NCBI GenBank assembly: GCA_016782885.1 | Contig: JADHXQ010000003.1 | Coordinates: 18,316-82,315, forward strand | Source: Phycisphaerae bacterium | GTDB taxonomy: Bacteria; Planctomycetota; Phycisphaerae; SM23-33 | DNA: 64,000 bases | Reading direction: 5' to 3' | In this document: positions 17,431-27,185 of the stretch, piece by piece | How the letters are laid out: each line of letters starts with the position of its first letter | Position numbering within the stretch: position 1 is the stretch's first letter | Notes under the pieces: generated by a model | What the model was told of the DNA's origin: nothing | The model's database searches: none | The model's input: only the letters and a program-made list of their open reading frames with translations | Translations under genes and position numbers: made by a program

Positions 17431-20229
17431 ATGATTGCTTGTAGGTTTATGCTGCTGTCATTGGCGACGTTGGTCATGCTGGTCTCGACCGGGAAGGCAG
17501 CCCCTGTTGCTTCGAATACCGCGACGGTGTCGATCTCGGCGCGAGGACCGCTGGCCGCGGGCGCCCTGGGCGAAAACGCCGCAATACACACCAACCGAAC
17601 CTACACGTTCACCAAAGTGCCCAAATTCCTGCAAGGGCTGAAGTTCACCTCGCATCAGCATAATGCCCCTGCGCGTTATACATGCAGCATTAAAACGGCC
17701 GGACGCCTGTATCTCTGCCTGCAGAAACCGTTGACACCCAAGGCGGTCAAACTCACCGGCGACTGGAAGCAGTGCGGAAAGATGGACACCGTTATCAACG
17801 GGAAGAACTATCCGTGGACGGTCTTCAGCATCGACGCCGGGACCGGCCAGACGCTGGCCCTCCCGGCGTCCGACAGGTGGGGCGCCGTTATCGCCGTCGG
17901 AAAGATCGACAACCTCAAAACCGCACCCGCCCGGACCCGCCGTCCCGCGGCCAGAAAATCGGCGCCCGCAAACGACGAATACGGATACCTGCAAAACGAT
18001 ATCAGCAACCGAAAATGGTTCGACCGCATCGCCGATCAGGCCCTTGCCAAAGAAGCATTGATACTGGAATCAGACCGCACTCCGCTCGACGTAGTGCTGC
18101 GGCGAACAGAGGCGCTTGCGACGCGAATCTCCTCGATGGACGGTGCCCCGGATATCACCAGACTCGTCACCGAACTCAAGAGCCTGCGGTCCGAAGCCCC
18201 CGGTCGCGAACTGTTCGACAAGGTCTGCAAACTCCGCCGCAAAATCGCGTTTTCCAACCCGCTGCTGAATTTCGACAAGCTGCTGTTCATCACGCGCCGA
18301 GACCCGGGCGGACCGTTCCACATGTGCGACCAGTTCTACGGCTGCAACGCCAAACCCGGCGGCGGACTGTACGTCCTTTCCGACCCGTTTGGCGCCGAAC
18401 CGAAAGTAACGAACCTGCTGGAAAACTCCGTGGTCCAATCAGGCCGCCTGAAAGGCCAAAAGCTAACCGGCGGTTCGTTCCTCTCGCCCGAACTCTCTTA
18501 CGACGGTAAGACGATCATGTTCGCCTGGACGCAGGCCAAAGCAAAGAAGACCTACACCTGGGGACCCGAGATCAGCTATCATATTTTCAAGTGCAACGCC
18601 GACGGAAGCGGTCTGGTGCAGATCACCGACGGCGACGCCGACGACTTCGACCCGTGCTTCCTGCCCGGCGGGCGGATCGCTTTCATCTCGCTGCGCCGAG
18701 GCGGATACCTTCGTTGCGGACGCCACTGCCCCGTTTACACGATGTTCTCGATGAAGCCCGACGGCTCGGACATCGCCCCGCTGAGCCACCACGAAACGCA
18801 CGAATGGCACCCAAGCGTCGACAACGACGGAATGATCGTCTACACGCGATGGGACTACATCGACCGCGACACCAACGTCGCGCACCATATATGGATATCG
18901 TATCCCGACGGGCGCGACCCGCGGAGCATGCACGGCAACTATCCCATAGACCGCAAGAAACGCCCGTGGATGGAAATGGAAATCCGGGCGATTCCCGGCT
19001 CGCACAGATACGTCGCCGTCACCGGAGCGCATCACGGTAACGCGATCGGCTCGCTTGTGCTGATCGATCAGCGCATCGAAGACGACAACGCCATGAGCCA
19101 GGTCAAACGCCTCACGCCCGAGGCGCCCTTCCCCGAATCGGAAACCAACACCAAAACAGGCATGCGATACGGTACGCCCTGGCCCCTCAACAAAGATTTT
19201 TATCTCTGCGTCCACGATCCGGCCGCCAGGAACCGCGGAATCCACCTGATCGACCGATTCGGTAACCGCGAGTTGATCTACCGAGACCCGTCGATACCGT
19301 GCCTGAGCCCCATCCCGCTGAGGGCGCGACCAAAACCGCCGGTCATCCCCGACCAGACGCAAGATTCCCGCCCGGCCACCGTGGCGGTTATGAACGTATA
19401 CGATGCAGACTTCGAGTGGCCTAAGGATACGAAGATCAAGTCGCTGCGAATCATACAACTGCTTCCGAAATCCACCGCCCCGCCGAACAAGCCTCGAATC
19501 GGGGTAGCCGCCCAAACCAACGCGCGCGCGGTGCTCGGCGACGTACCGGTAGAAGCTGACGGTAGCTGCTACTTCGAGGCCCCGGTCGGAATCCCCATCT
19601 ACTTCCAGGCCCTCGACGCCCGCGGTCTGGCGGTCCAGTCGATGCGGTCATTGACTTACGTTCATCCCGGCGAGCGTCTGACCTGCCTGGGATGCCACGA
19701 ACGCAAGCTCGCCACCCCCAAGGCCAACAAAGCCCCGAGAATGCCGCTGGCGATGAAACGTACGCCATCGAAGATACGCCCTGAAGTCGACGGAGCCAAC
19801 CCGTTCAACTATCCGCGACTCGTCCAACCGGTGCTCGATAAGCATTGCGTAAAATGTCACACCGAGAATAACGCCAAGAAGGACAAGAAGAAAACCGCCC
19901 CCGACCTTCGTAATACCATCACGCGAAACAACGGGTGGACCCAATCGTATGTCTCGCTGGCGAGCAAGTACGGATTCTACTTCCACGTCACCAACGGTTC
20001 GATCAAGAGCGGCGTACACGGCGGGAGCAGATCCATCCCCGGTAAGTTCGGAGCAAAGGCCTCGAAACTCTTCGAGATGCTCGAAAAGGGGCACCACAAG
20101 CTCAAGCTGCCGCCCAAAGACCTCTACCGCCTGACGCTCTGGATCGACTGCAACTCGGAGTTCTACGGCGCCTACTACGACACGCAAAAACAAGCAGCCG
20201 GTGAAATAGTACTCCCCGACCTCCAATAG
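17431..20229 (+). CDS. family member 1: secreted beta-propeller protein with two CxxCH motifs (putative c-type heme) and an N-terminal beta-sandwich module of unknown type
   Basis: Signal peptide. Conserved core blocks include DPCFLPGGRIAFIS, HETHEWHPSVDNDGMIVYTRWDYIDRD and two CxxCH motifs (CLGCHERK; HCVKCHTENNAKKDKK). The N-terminal ~170 aa are homologous to the N-terminus of member 4. Confidence 0.7.
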   Translation: MIACRFMLLSLATLVMLVSTGKAAPVASNTATVSISARGPLAAGALGENAAIHTNRTYTFTKVPKFLQGLKFTSHQHNAPARYTCSIKTAGRLYLCLQKPLTPKAVKLTGDWKQCGKMDTVINGKNYPWTVFSIDAGTGQTLALPASDRWGAVIAVGKIDNLKTAPARTRRPAARKSAPANDEYGYLQNDISNRKWFDRIADQALAKEALILESDRTPLDVVLRRTEALATRISSMDGAPDITRLVTELKSLRSEAPGRELFDKVCKLRRKIAFSNPLLNFDKLLFITRRDPGGPFHMCDQFYGCNAKPGGGLYVLSDPFGAEPKVTNLLENSVVQSGRLKGQKLTGGSFLSPELSYDGKTIMFAWTQAKAKKTYTWGPEISYHIFKCNADGSGLVQITDGDADDFDPCFLPGGRIAFISLRRGGYLRCGRHCPVYTMFSMKPDGSDIAPLSHHETHEWHPSVDNDGMIVYTRWDYIDRDTNVAHHIWISYPDGRDPRSMHGNYPIDRKKRPWMEMEIRAIPGSHRYVAVTGAHHGNAIGSLVLIDQRIEDDNAMSQVKRLTPEAPFPESETNTKTGMRYGTPWPLNKDFYLCVHDPAARNRGIHLIDRFGNRELIYRDPSIPCLSPIPLRARPKPPVIPDQTQDSRPATVAVMNVYDADFEWPKDTKIKSLRIIQLLPKSTAPPNKPRIGVAAQTNARAVLGDVPVEADGSCYFEAPVGIPIYFQALDARGLAVQSMRSLTYVHPGERLTCLGCHERKLATPKANKAPRMPLAMKRTPSKIRPEVDGANPFNYPRLVQPVLDKHCVKCHTENNAKKDKKKTAPDLRNTITRNNGWTQSYVSLASKYGFYFHVTNGSIKSGVHGGSRSIPGKFGAKASKLFEMLEKGHHKLKLPPKDLYRLTLWIDCNSEFYGAYYDTQKQAAGEIVLPDLQ

Positions 20230-20279
20230 CCACCACAAACCAAAACCCACAGCTACCTCATTCGAAAGCAAGAGAATAT

Positions 20280-22607
20280 ATGTACACGGTCCCTGTCATG
20301 CATCACAGAGAGGCTATCGCCCTGGCTTTACTTGCAGCCGCCGTAATGCTGCTCCAGCCCGCCCGGGTCGCCGACGCAAAACGGCCGAAAGCCGGGAAGA
20401 GCGTTCCGCAAGCGCGACACAACGCGGCGATCAAAGACAATCCGCTGATGAACTTCAAGAAGCTCCTGTTCGTCAAGCGGTTCAAGTTCCAGTCGAACCA
20501 CTACTACACCGACTACATCAACGGGTGCAGGAAATTCGGGGGCAACCTGTGCGTCCTGGACATGAAAAGCGGAGATGTAATCGACCTCTGCCCTGAAATG
20601 AAGGAAGGCATCTTCGGACGATTCGACCTGCACTTCGACGCCAGGAAGATAGTGTTCGCCTGGAAGAAACAGCTCGGAGAAGGCTTCCGCCTGTACGAGA
20701 TCGGCATCGACCCCGCGACAGGCAAACGATCCGGAAAAATCCGCCAGGTCACCTTCCCCGCCGACAATGAAGAACAACTGCACAAACTCTACAAGCTCGG
20801 TTACCACCACGGCACCGACGACATGGACCCGTGTTATCTGCCCGACGGCGGCGTGCTCTTCATCTCGACGCGATGCCAATACGGGATCCTCTGTAATGGC
20901 GCAGACGTTCTGACCACCACGCTGCTTTACCGCGTCGACGCCGACGGTAAGAACATGCAGAAGCTCACCAACTCAGCGGTCAGCGAAGCCACGCCGTCGA
21001 TCCTCAACGACGGGCGAATCATGTACACGCGTTGGGAATACGTCGACAAGGGCGCGGTGGCCAACAAGTGCTTGTGGGCGGTCCGACCCGACGGGACCGG
21101 GCAGGTCGAAATCTACGGAAACGCCATCACACTGCCCCCTACGTTCCACCAGGGAAGAGCGATACCCGGTACAAACACCAAGTTCGTTTTCCTGGGCGTA
21201 CCGCACTACCCGCAAAACGGCGTGGGTACGGTTATCCGCATCGACATGACCAAGAACATCCGCACCCGCGAACCGATGACATACATCACCCCCGACGTCG
21301 ACATCCGAGGCGAGGGCGGGTTCTGGCACGATCGCAACTCCAAGTGGGGCGCAAGACGCCTGTTCAAGGAACCGTTCCCGCTGAGCGAAAACCTCTTCCT
21401 GGTCTCCATGAACGTCGACAAGAACTGGAAGCACCCCACCGCCTGGGATATCTGCCTGCTCGACGAATCCGGAGACACCGCGCTGATCCACTCAGATCCG
21501 GATATCGGCCTGTTCCAGCCCATCCCGCTCCGTCCTCGAAAAACACCGCCCATCCTGAAAGGATCTCTCGATCCGAAGCTGGCCAGGCAGAATCTCGCAC
21601 GCTGTGTAGTGACCGACATATACCACGGCATGGAAAATACCCCGCGAGGTTCAATAAAGTACATCCGCATTAACGAACAGGTTCCGCGCCCTTGGGCCGC
21701 ACGACGCAGATGGGGCGGGGACTGCTACGACCAGCAGCACGCCGTTATCAGCAAAGACACCAACCTCGCACTGCGCGTCCAGGTCGGGGTGGTCCCGGTA
21801 GAAAAAGACGGTTCGGCTCACTTCACAGTACCGGCAGACCGGAACATCTTCTTCCAGGCGCTCGATGAAAACTACATGGAAGTGCAACGCGAACGAACGT
21901 GCGTTAACTATCGCCCGGGCGAGTCGCGATCGTGTATCGGATGCCACGAAACGCCAAACGACATCGTCGCGGCGAAAACCAGCGTTGTGATCGCCCTGAA
22001 ACGCCCGCCCTCCAAGCCCGGTCCGCAACCGGGCGAAAAGTCCGGGGCGCGACCCATTGACTACGCCGTAGACGTCCAGCCGGTGCTCGACAAGCACTGC
22101 ATCAAGTGTCACGGCCCCAAGGACGGCAAGAAACCCAAGGGCGGCCTGGACCTGTCGGGAACGCTGACGAGCCTGTTCAGCATCTCGTATGAAAACCTTC
22201 TCCGCGAGCGACGAAGGGGCAAGGGTCGCAGGCGATTCGACCTGTTCCCCACGATCGGCGAGAACCATCCAAAGGCCGGGAACATTAAATACCTGCCCGC
22301 GAGATCGCTCGGTTCACACGCAAGCATCCTGATCGCCATGCACTCGAGGGGAAAGGTCAAACTCAAGGACCCCAAAGCCGCCGAGATCGCCGCCAAACTC
22401 GCCAAGGTACACGAGAAAGGGAAAGTCAACCTGCCGCTCGAAGACATGATCCGCCTGACGACATGGGTGGATGCCAACGGGCAATACTACGGAACCTACT
22501 ACGGGCGAAAGAACCTGAAGTACAAGGACCATCCGAATTTCCGCCCGGTCCCAACGTTCGAAAACGCAAGATCAACCACCGCCCCACTACCCGAAGACAA
22601 GAGATAA
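20280..22607 (+). CDS. family member 2: core-only beta-propeller/di-CxxCH protein with no N-terminal lectin module
   Basis: The signal peptide leads directly into the core (NPLMNFKKLLFVKRFKFQSNHYYTD...). CIGCHETP and HCIKCHGPKDGKKPKGGLDLSG are present. Its core is about 80% identical to member 3. Confidence 0.75.
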   Translation: MYTVPVMHHREAIALALLAAAVMLLQPARVADAKRPKAGKSVPQARHNAAIKDNPLMNFKKLLFVKRFKFQSNHYYTDYINGCRKFGGNLCVLDMKSGDVIDLCPEMKEGIFGRFDLHFDARKIVFAWKKQLGEGFRLYEIGIDPATGKRSGKIRQVTFPADNEEQLHKLYKLGYHHGTDDMDPCYLPDGGVLFISTRCQYGILCNGADVLTTTLLYRVDADGKNMQKLTNSAVSEATPSILNDGRIMYTRWEYVDKGAVANKCLWAVRPDGTGQVEIYGNAITLPPTFHQGRAIPGTNTKFVFLGVPHYPQNGVGTVIRIDMTKNIRTREPMTYITPDVDIRGEGGFWHDRNSKWGARRLFKEPFPLSENLFLVSMNVDKNWKHPTAWDICLLDESGDTALIHSDPDIGLFQPIPLRPRKTPPILKGSLDPKLARQNLARCVVTDIYHGMENTPRGSIKYIRINEQVPRPWAARRRWGGDCYDQQHAVISKDTNLALRVQVGVVPVEKDGSAHFTVPADRNIFFQALDENYMEVQRERTCVNYRPGESRSCIGCHETPNDIVAAKTSVVIALKRPPSKPGPQPGEKSGARPIDYAVDVQPVLDKHCIKCHGPKDGKKPKGGLDLSGTLTSLFSISYENLLRERRRGKGRRRFDLFPTIGENHPKAGNIKYLPARSLGSHASILIAMHSRGKVKLKDPKAAEIAAKLAKVHEKGKVNLPLEDMIRLTTWVDANGQYYGTYYGRKNLKYKDHPNFRPVPTFENARSTTAPLPEDKR

Positions 22608-22642
22608 ACCACGCCAGAAAAGCCCCACAGGAGCAACAACCG

Positions 22643-25600
22643 ATGTCCAAGACAACGATCAGACATATTACCCCACTCGTATTCGTGGTCGTCATTGGCG
22701 CCATGTTCACCGGCGCTGTGGGCGCCGACTACGTCAAAAAGGCCACCTGGGTCGAGTCCATGATCGCCACGCGCGAGGCGATGGTCGGAAAACGCCCCCC
22801 TTCCAAGGCTCCGACCGGCCTGCCGAATCTGGCGAAAGACTCATACACTATCGCCGCGTGGATTTGCACCAAAAGCGGCGGGACGATCTTCGCCAAATGC
22901 CAGCCGAACAGGGGCTGGCAGCGCTTCGGTAAGACCCTTTTCGTCGCCGGCGGGCGAGTCAACATGGATGTACACTCGGCTGGCGTATTCCGAGGAACTT
23001 CAAATGTAGCCGACGGAAAATGGCATCACGTGGCGGTGGCCGGAACGAAAAAGGGACAGACAATCTACGTCGACGGAAAAGCCGAAGCCAAAGGCAATCT
23101 CCGCGGCGATTACGATCCCAAGGGCGCCGTGGGAAAGATCGGGTATACCTCGCCGAACTTCCCGGGGCGAAACTCGTACTTCACCGGCCTGATCGACGAT
23201 ATGCGAATATACAACCGGGCGCTGGGCGAAAAGGAACTCAAGGGCGTCATGACCAAACCCCACTCGCTCGGAGCCAACGGCCTGGCGGGACACTGGCCTT
23301 TCGACTCAGGCGTCCTGGATGCATCGGGCAACAACAACCACGCAACGAGCATGAAAGGCGCCAAGCTCTCTAACGGAAAGATCGGCAGGGCGTTGGACCT
23401 CAACGGGCAGGTTAAGATCCTCCTGGCCGCTCCCGGGCAGAAGCAGAACCCCAACATCCCAATCTGGTCGTTTCTGAGAAAAGCATTCACCGACGACGCG
23501 GCTCGCAATGAAATGACCTGGGAAATCCAGGACGGTATCTGGCGGAACGATTGGAAACCAGGCGATTACGCCGCACTGGCCAAACGCTATGCGACGGCTT
23601 CTCACCGCTCACCGAAACACGCCGAACAGGCCGCAAAACTCGCCAAGGGCGTAGAAGACGCCTCCGCCTTGGCGAAAGTCCGCCAGGCGTACCTGCGATC
23701 GCGAGCCTACGAAAGCGTTATGGAGAAACTCAAGGAACTCGATATCGTCGGCCTGCGGAGAATGCTGGCCAATCTGGCCAAAACGGGCGCAAAGATCGAC
23801 AAGAATCTCGCCCGACTCGATGCGATCGAAACCAGGGCGGTCAAGATGGCCGACACCGAGATCACTCCCGAAGCGATGATCGCGTTCAAAAGGGAAGTTC
23901 AGCAGATCCGCTACGACGCGCTGATAAAGGGCAACCCGCTGATGGATTTCGAGAAGCTCCTGTTCGTCAAGCGATTCAAGTACCAGTCGAACCACTACTA
24001 CACCGACTTCATCAACGGTTGCAGCAAGTTCGGCGGGAATCTGTGCGTCCTGGACCTCAAGAGCGGCGACGTTATCGACCTCATCCCGGAAATGAAGGAA
24101 GGCATCTTCGGACGATTCGACCTGCACTTCAACGCCGACAGAATCGTCTTCGCCTGGAAGGCCGAACGCGAAGAGGGCTTCCGCATCTACGAGGTCCCCA
24201 TCGATCCGAAGACGGGCAAGCGAACCGGCAATGTACGCCAGGTCCTCGCTGCACCGCACAACGAGAAGGATATTCAGAAGAAATACCGAGTCGGTTATCA
24301 CCACGGCACCGACGACATGAACCCGGTCTACCTGCCCGACGGAGGAATAGTGTTCATCTCGTCGCGATGCCAGTACGGCATCCTCTGCGACGGGCCCGAC
24401 ATCTTCTGCACCACGCTGCTTTACCGAATCGACGCCGACGGTAATAACCTGCAGAAGCTCACAAACTCCGCAGTCAGCGAAGCCACTCCCACCATCCTCA
24501 ACGACGGGCGGATCATGTACACCCGCTGGGAGTACCTCGACAAGGGCTCGGTCACCAACAAGTGCCTCTGGGCGGTCCGACCCGACGGTACCGGGCAGGC
24601 CGAAATCTACGGAAGCGACATCGCATACCCCGCATCGTTCCACCAGGGACGGGCGATTCCCGGAACGAACACCAAGTTCGTGTTCCTGGGCGTACCGCAC
24701 TATCCGCAGAACGGCGTGGGCACGGTTATCCGCATCGACATGACCAAGAACATCCGCACCCGCGAGCCGATGACCTACATCACCCCCGACGTAGACGTAC
24801 GCGGACAGGGCGGGTTCTGGCACGATCGTGAAGGCAAGTGGGGCCCCCACCGCCTGTTCAAAGAGCCCTTCCCGCTGAGCGAAGAGTTCTTCCTGGTCTC
24901 GATGAACGTCGAAAAGAACTGGAAGCACCCCACCGCCTGGGACATCTGCCTGCTCAGCGAATCGGGCGACACCGCCGTGATCCACTCGGACCCGGAGATC
25001 GGCGTGTTCCAGCCCATCCCGCTGAAGAAACGCAAAATGCCCGCCATCCTCAAAGGCGCCCTCAACCCCGAGTTGGCGAAAAAGGGCCTGGCGGTCTGCG
25101 TCGTAACCGACATCTACCACGGAATGGAAGACACACCCCGCGGATCGATCAAGTACATCCGCATCAACGAGCAGGTCCCGCGTCCCTGGGCGTCACGCAG
25201 GCGTTGGGGCGGCGACACCTCCGACCAGCAGCACGTGACGATCACGGGCGCAACCCACCTGGGGCTCAAGATCCAGGTCGGCGTGGTCCCGGTCGAGAAA
25301 GACGGATCGGCCCACTTCTACGTGCCGGCCGACAAAAACGTCTTCTTCCAGGCGCTGGATGAAAACTACATGGAAGTGCAGCGTGAACGGACGTGCGTGA
25401 ACTATCGTCCCGGCGAGTCGCGGTCGTGCATGGGCTGCCACGAAACGCCCAACGAGATCGTATCGGCCAGGCAGAAGGTCGTAACCGCCCTGAAGCGCAA
25501 GCCCTCATCGCCCGGACCGCAGCCGGGTGAGAAGTCAGGTTCAAAGCCGCTGTACTATCCCATCGACGTCCAGCCGGTGCTCGACAAGCACTGCATCAAG

Positions 25601-26074
25601 TGCCACAGCCCAAAGGACGGCAAGAAGCCCAAAGCCGATCTGGACCTGTCGGGCACGATGACAACGCTCTTCAGCGTATCCTACGAAAACCTCCTGAAGC
25701 GAAGGAGATACGGTCTGTTCCCAATGATCCGCGAGAACCATCCCAAAGCCGGCAATACGCATTATCTACCGGCAAGATCGCTCGGTTCGCACGCGAGCCT
25801 GCTGATCGCCATGCACTCCAAGGGCAAGGTCAAACTCAAGGACCCCAAACTGGCCGAAGATGCGAAAAAACTCGCAAAGGTGCATGAGAAGGTGAACCTC
25901 CCGCCGGAGGACATGGTCCGCCTGTCGACCTGGGTCGACTCCAACGGACAATACTACGGCAGCTACTACGGACGGCGGAACCTGAAGTACAAGGACCATC
26001 CGAACTTCCGCCCGATCCCGACATTCGAGAGCGCAAGATCGACCACCGCCCCCCTGCCCGAAGACCAGAGATAG
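22643..26074 (+). CDS. family member 3: LamG/concanavalin-like N-terminal domain plus the beta-propeller/di-CxxCH core
   Basis: The start is placed at the ATG at 22643, which has an AGGAG ribosome-binding site and a signal peptide MSKTTIRHITPLVFVVVIGAMFTGAVGA. The N-terminus has LamG-like features (DGKWHHVAV...TIYVDGK...IDDMRIYNRAL). CMGCHETP and HCIKCHSPKDGKKPKADLDLSG are present. Confidence 0.75.
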   Translation: MSKTTIRHITPLVFVVVIGAMFTGAVGADYVKKATWVESMIATREAMVGKRPPSKAPTGLPNLAKDSYTIAAWICTKSGGTIFAKCQPNRGWQRFGKTLFVAGGRVNMDVHSAGVFRGTSNVADGKWHHVAVAGTKKGQTIYVDGKAEAKGNLRGDYDPKGAVGKIGYTSPNFPGRNSYFTGLIDDMRIYNRALGEKELKGVMTKPHSLGANGLAGHWPFDSGVLDASGNNNHATSMKGAKLSNGKIGRALDLNGQVKILLAAPGQKQNPNIPIWSFLRKAFTDDAARNEMTWEIQDGIWRNDWKPGDYAALAKRYATASHRSPKHAEQAAKLAKGVEDASALAKVRQAYLRSRAYESVMEKLKELDIVGLRRMLANLAKTGAKIDKNLARLDAIETRAVKMADTEITPEAMIAFKREVQQIRYDALIKGNPLMDFEKLLFVKRFKYQSNHYYTDFINGCSKFGGNLCVLDLKSGDVIDLIPEMKEGIFGRFDLHFNADRIVFAWKAEREEGFRIYEVPIDPKTGKRTGNVRQVLAAPHNEKDIQKKYRVGYHHGTDDMNPVYLPDGGIVFISSRCQYGILCDGPDIFCTTLLYRIDADGNNLQKLTNSAVSEATPTILNDGRIMYTRWEYLDKGSVTNKCLWAVRPDGTGQAEIYGSDIAYPASFHQGRAIPGTNTKFVFLGVPHYPQNGVGTVIRIDMTKNIRTREPMTYITPDVDVRGQGGFWHDREGKWGPHRLFKEPFPLSEEFFLVSMNVEKNWKHPTAWDICLLSESGDTAVIHSDPEIGVFQPIPLKKRKMPAILKGALNPELAKKGLAVCVVTDIYHGMEDTPRGSIKYIRINEQVPRPWASRRRWGGDTSDQQHVTITGATHLGLKIQVGVVPVEKDGSAHFYVPADKNVFFQALDENYMEVQRERTCVNYRPGESRSCMGCHETPNEIVSARQKVVTALKRKPSSPGPQPGEKSGSKPLYYPIDVQPVLDKHCIKCHSPKDGKKPKADLDLSGTMTTLFSVSYENLLKRRRYGLFPMIRENHPKAGNTHYLPARSLGSHASLLIAMHSKGKVKLKDPKLAEDAKKLAKVHEKVNLPPEDMVRLSTWVDSNGQYYGSYYGRRNLKYKDHPNFRPIPTFESARSTTAPLPEDQR

Positions 26075-26082
26075 TTCGGGTG

Positions 26083-27165
26083 CTAATGGGCCCGGAGAAG
26101 GTCCAGCATTTTGCGGTCCAGTTTGTGGTTTTTGTAGTCTTCGTACTTGACGTCCGTTCGCCCGGAGTCGAGCAGGCCGAACGAGCCTCGGAAATTCCAC
26201 AGCGCCCATCCGAAGTCCGCTTCGGCCCATAGTTCAAGGAGATCGGTCATCCATCGCAGCACCACATCGTGAGGAGTGTATTTGTACGCCCCCCACTCGC
26301 CCACGTGTACGCCCACGCCGGCGGCTGCGAGCTTCTTCCAGGGCTTGATGCGGTTGTCATAAATCCACTGTCGCCCTTCGACGATATCCTTCTTGCCCTG
26401 GCGCCGTTTGAGAGGCCAGGTCGGCGGAGAGCCCCAGTCCTTCCTGCCGGCCCATCCGGCCTTGTAGTGCGAGACCTTGAATGAATCGTACCCGCGAGTG
26501 CTCTGGGCGACGCGGTCCTTGGCTAGTTCCCAGACGGGGTCGCGACCCCATTGGAGACCGTCGGAGATGACGAGGCGAGTCGGATCGATCTTGCGAATGG
26601 CTGCGATGGCGACCTTGGCAGCGGCGGCGTAAGTTTTGGAATCGATTTTGGCAGGCTCGTTCACCAGACCGAAGCTGAGGCGTTTGGACGGGATACCGCG
26701 ATAGCGCTTTGCAAATGCTGCCCACTGGAAGGCAAACTGCTTCTGTGCCTCGGGGTCCTTCCAAAGGTTCAGCTTCTCCGGCGGATGGGCCACAGTGTAG
26801 CCCGGCGCCCGGTGAAGGTTCAGCGATACATGCACGCCGTACTTCTTTCCGAACTCGACGGCCTGGTCGATGTGGGCGAGTATCTTCTCGTCCAGTTTGT
26901 AAGGGTCGGCCGCGCCGGTCCAACAGCGGTAGTCCATCGGCAGGCGGACGAAATCGAAGCCCCAGTCGCTAAGCCACTGAAAATCCGTCTCGACGAACTT
27001 GCGATTCTTGCCCTTGTTGAACTTTTCAAGGAGATTGAATCCTCGCCACCTGGGCAGTTTTGCATGGAGTGCTTTGGCGGCGGTCGGAGCCTTGGCCTGG
27101 GCGAAAACTCCGGCGCCGACCACGACCGCCCCGGCGGCTGACTGGACAAACTCTCGCCTGTTCAT
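26083..27165 (-). CDS. glycoside hydrolase family 5 (cellulase-like), Tat-secreted
   Basis: N-terminal NRREFVQSAAGAVVVGAG. Catalytic acid/base motif LVNEP and nucleophile motif VGEWG at typical GH5 spacing. Confidence 0.75.
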   Translation of the reverse strand: MNRREFVQSAAGAVVVGAGVFAQAKAPTAAKALHAKLPRWRGFNLLEKFNKGKNRKFVETDFQWLSDWGFDFVRLPMDYRCWTGAADPYKLDEKILAHIDQAVEFGKKYGVHVSLNLHRAPGYTVAHPPEKLNLWKDPEAQKQFAFQWAAFAKRYRGIPSKRLSFGLVNEPAKIDSKTYAAAAKVAIAAIRKIDPTRLVISDGLQWGRDPVWELAKDRVAQSTRGYDSFKVSHYKAGWAGRKDWGSPPTWPLKRRQGKKDIVEGRQWIYDNRIKPWKKLAAAGVGVHVGEWGAYKYTPHDVVLRWMTDLLELWAEADFGWALWNFRGSFGLLDSGRTDVKYEDYKNHKLDRKMLDLLRAH

Positions 27166-27185
27166 AAACGTCTCCTTCTTGTCCG

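Noticed and set aside
17431-20229. Naming the six-member family as hydrazine synthase or as PSCyt1-PSCyt2-PSD1 (DUF1549/DUF1553) proteins.
   Set aside because: Only the gross architecture (propeller plus two CxxCH) and the local PSCyt1-like motif support this. The domain order differs from DUF1549/DUF1553 proteins and there is no other anammox context. It is kept as a hypothesis, not an annotation.
22463-22642. A 60-codon N-terminal extension of family member 3 that overlaps the end of member 2.
   Set aside because: The extension is basic and low-complexity and overlaps the preceding gene. The ATG at 22643 has an AGGAG ribosome-binding site and is followed immediately by a signal peptide.
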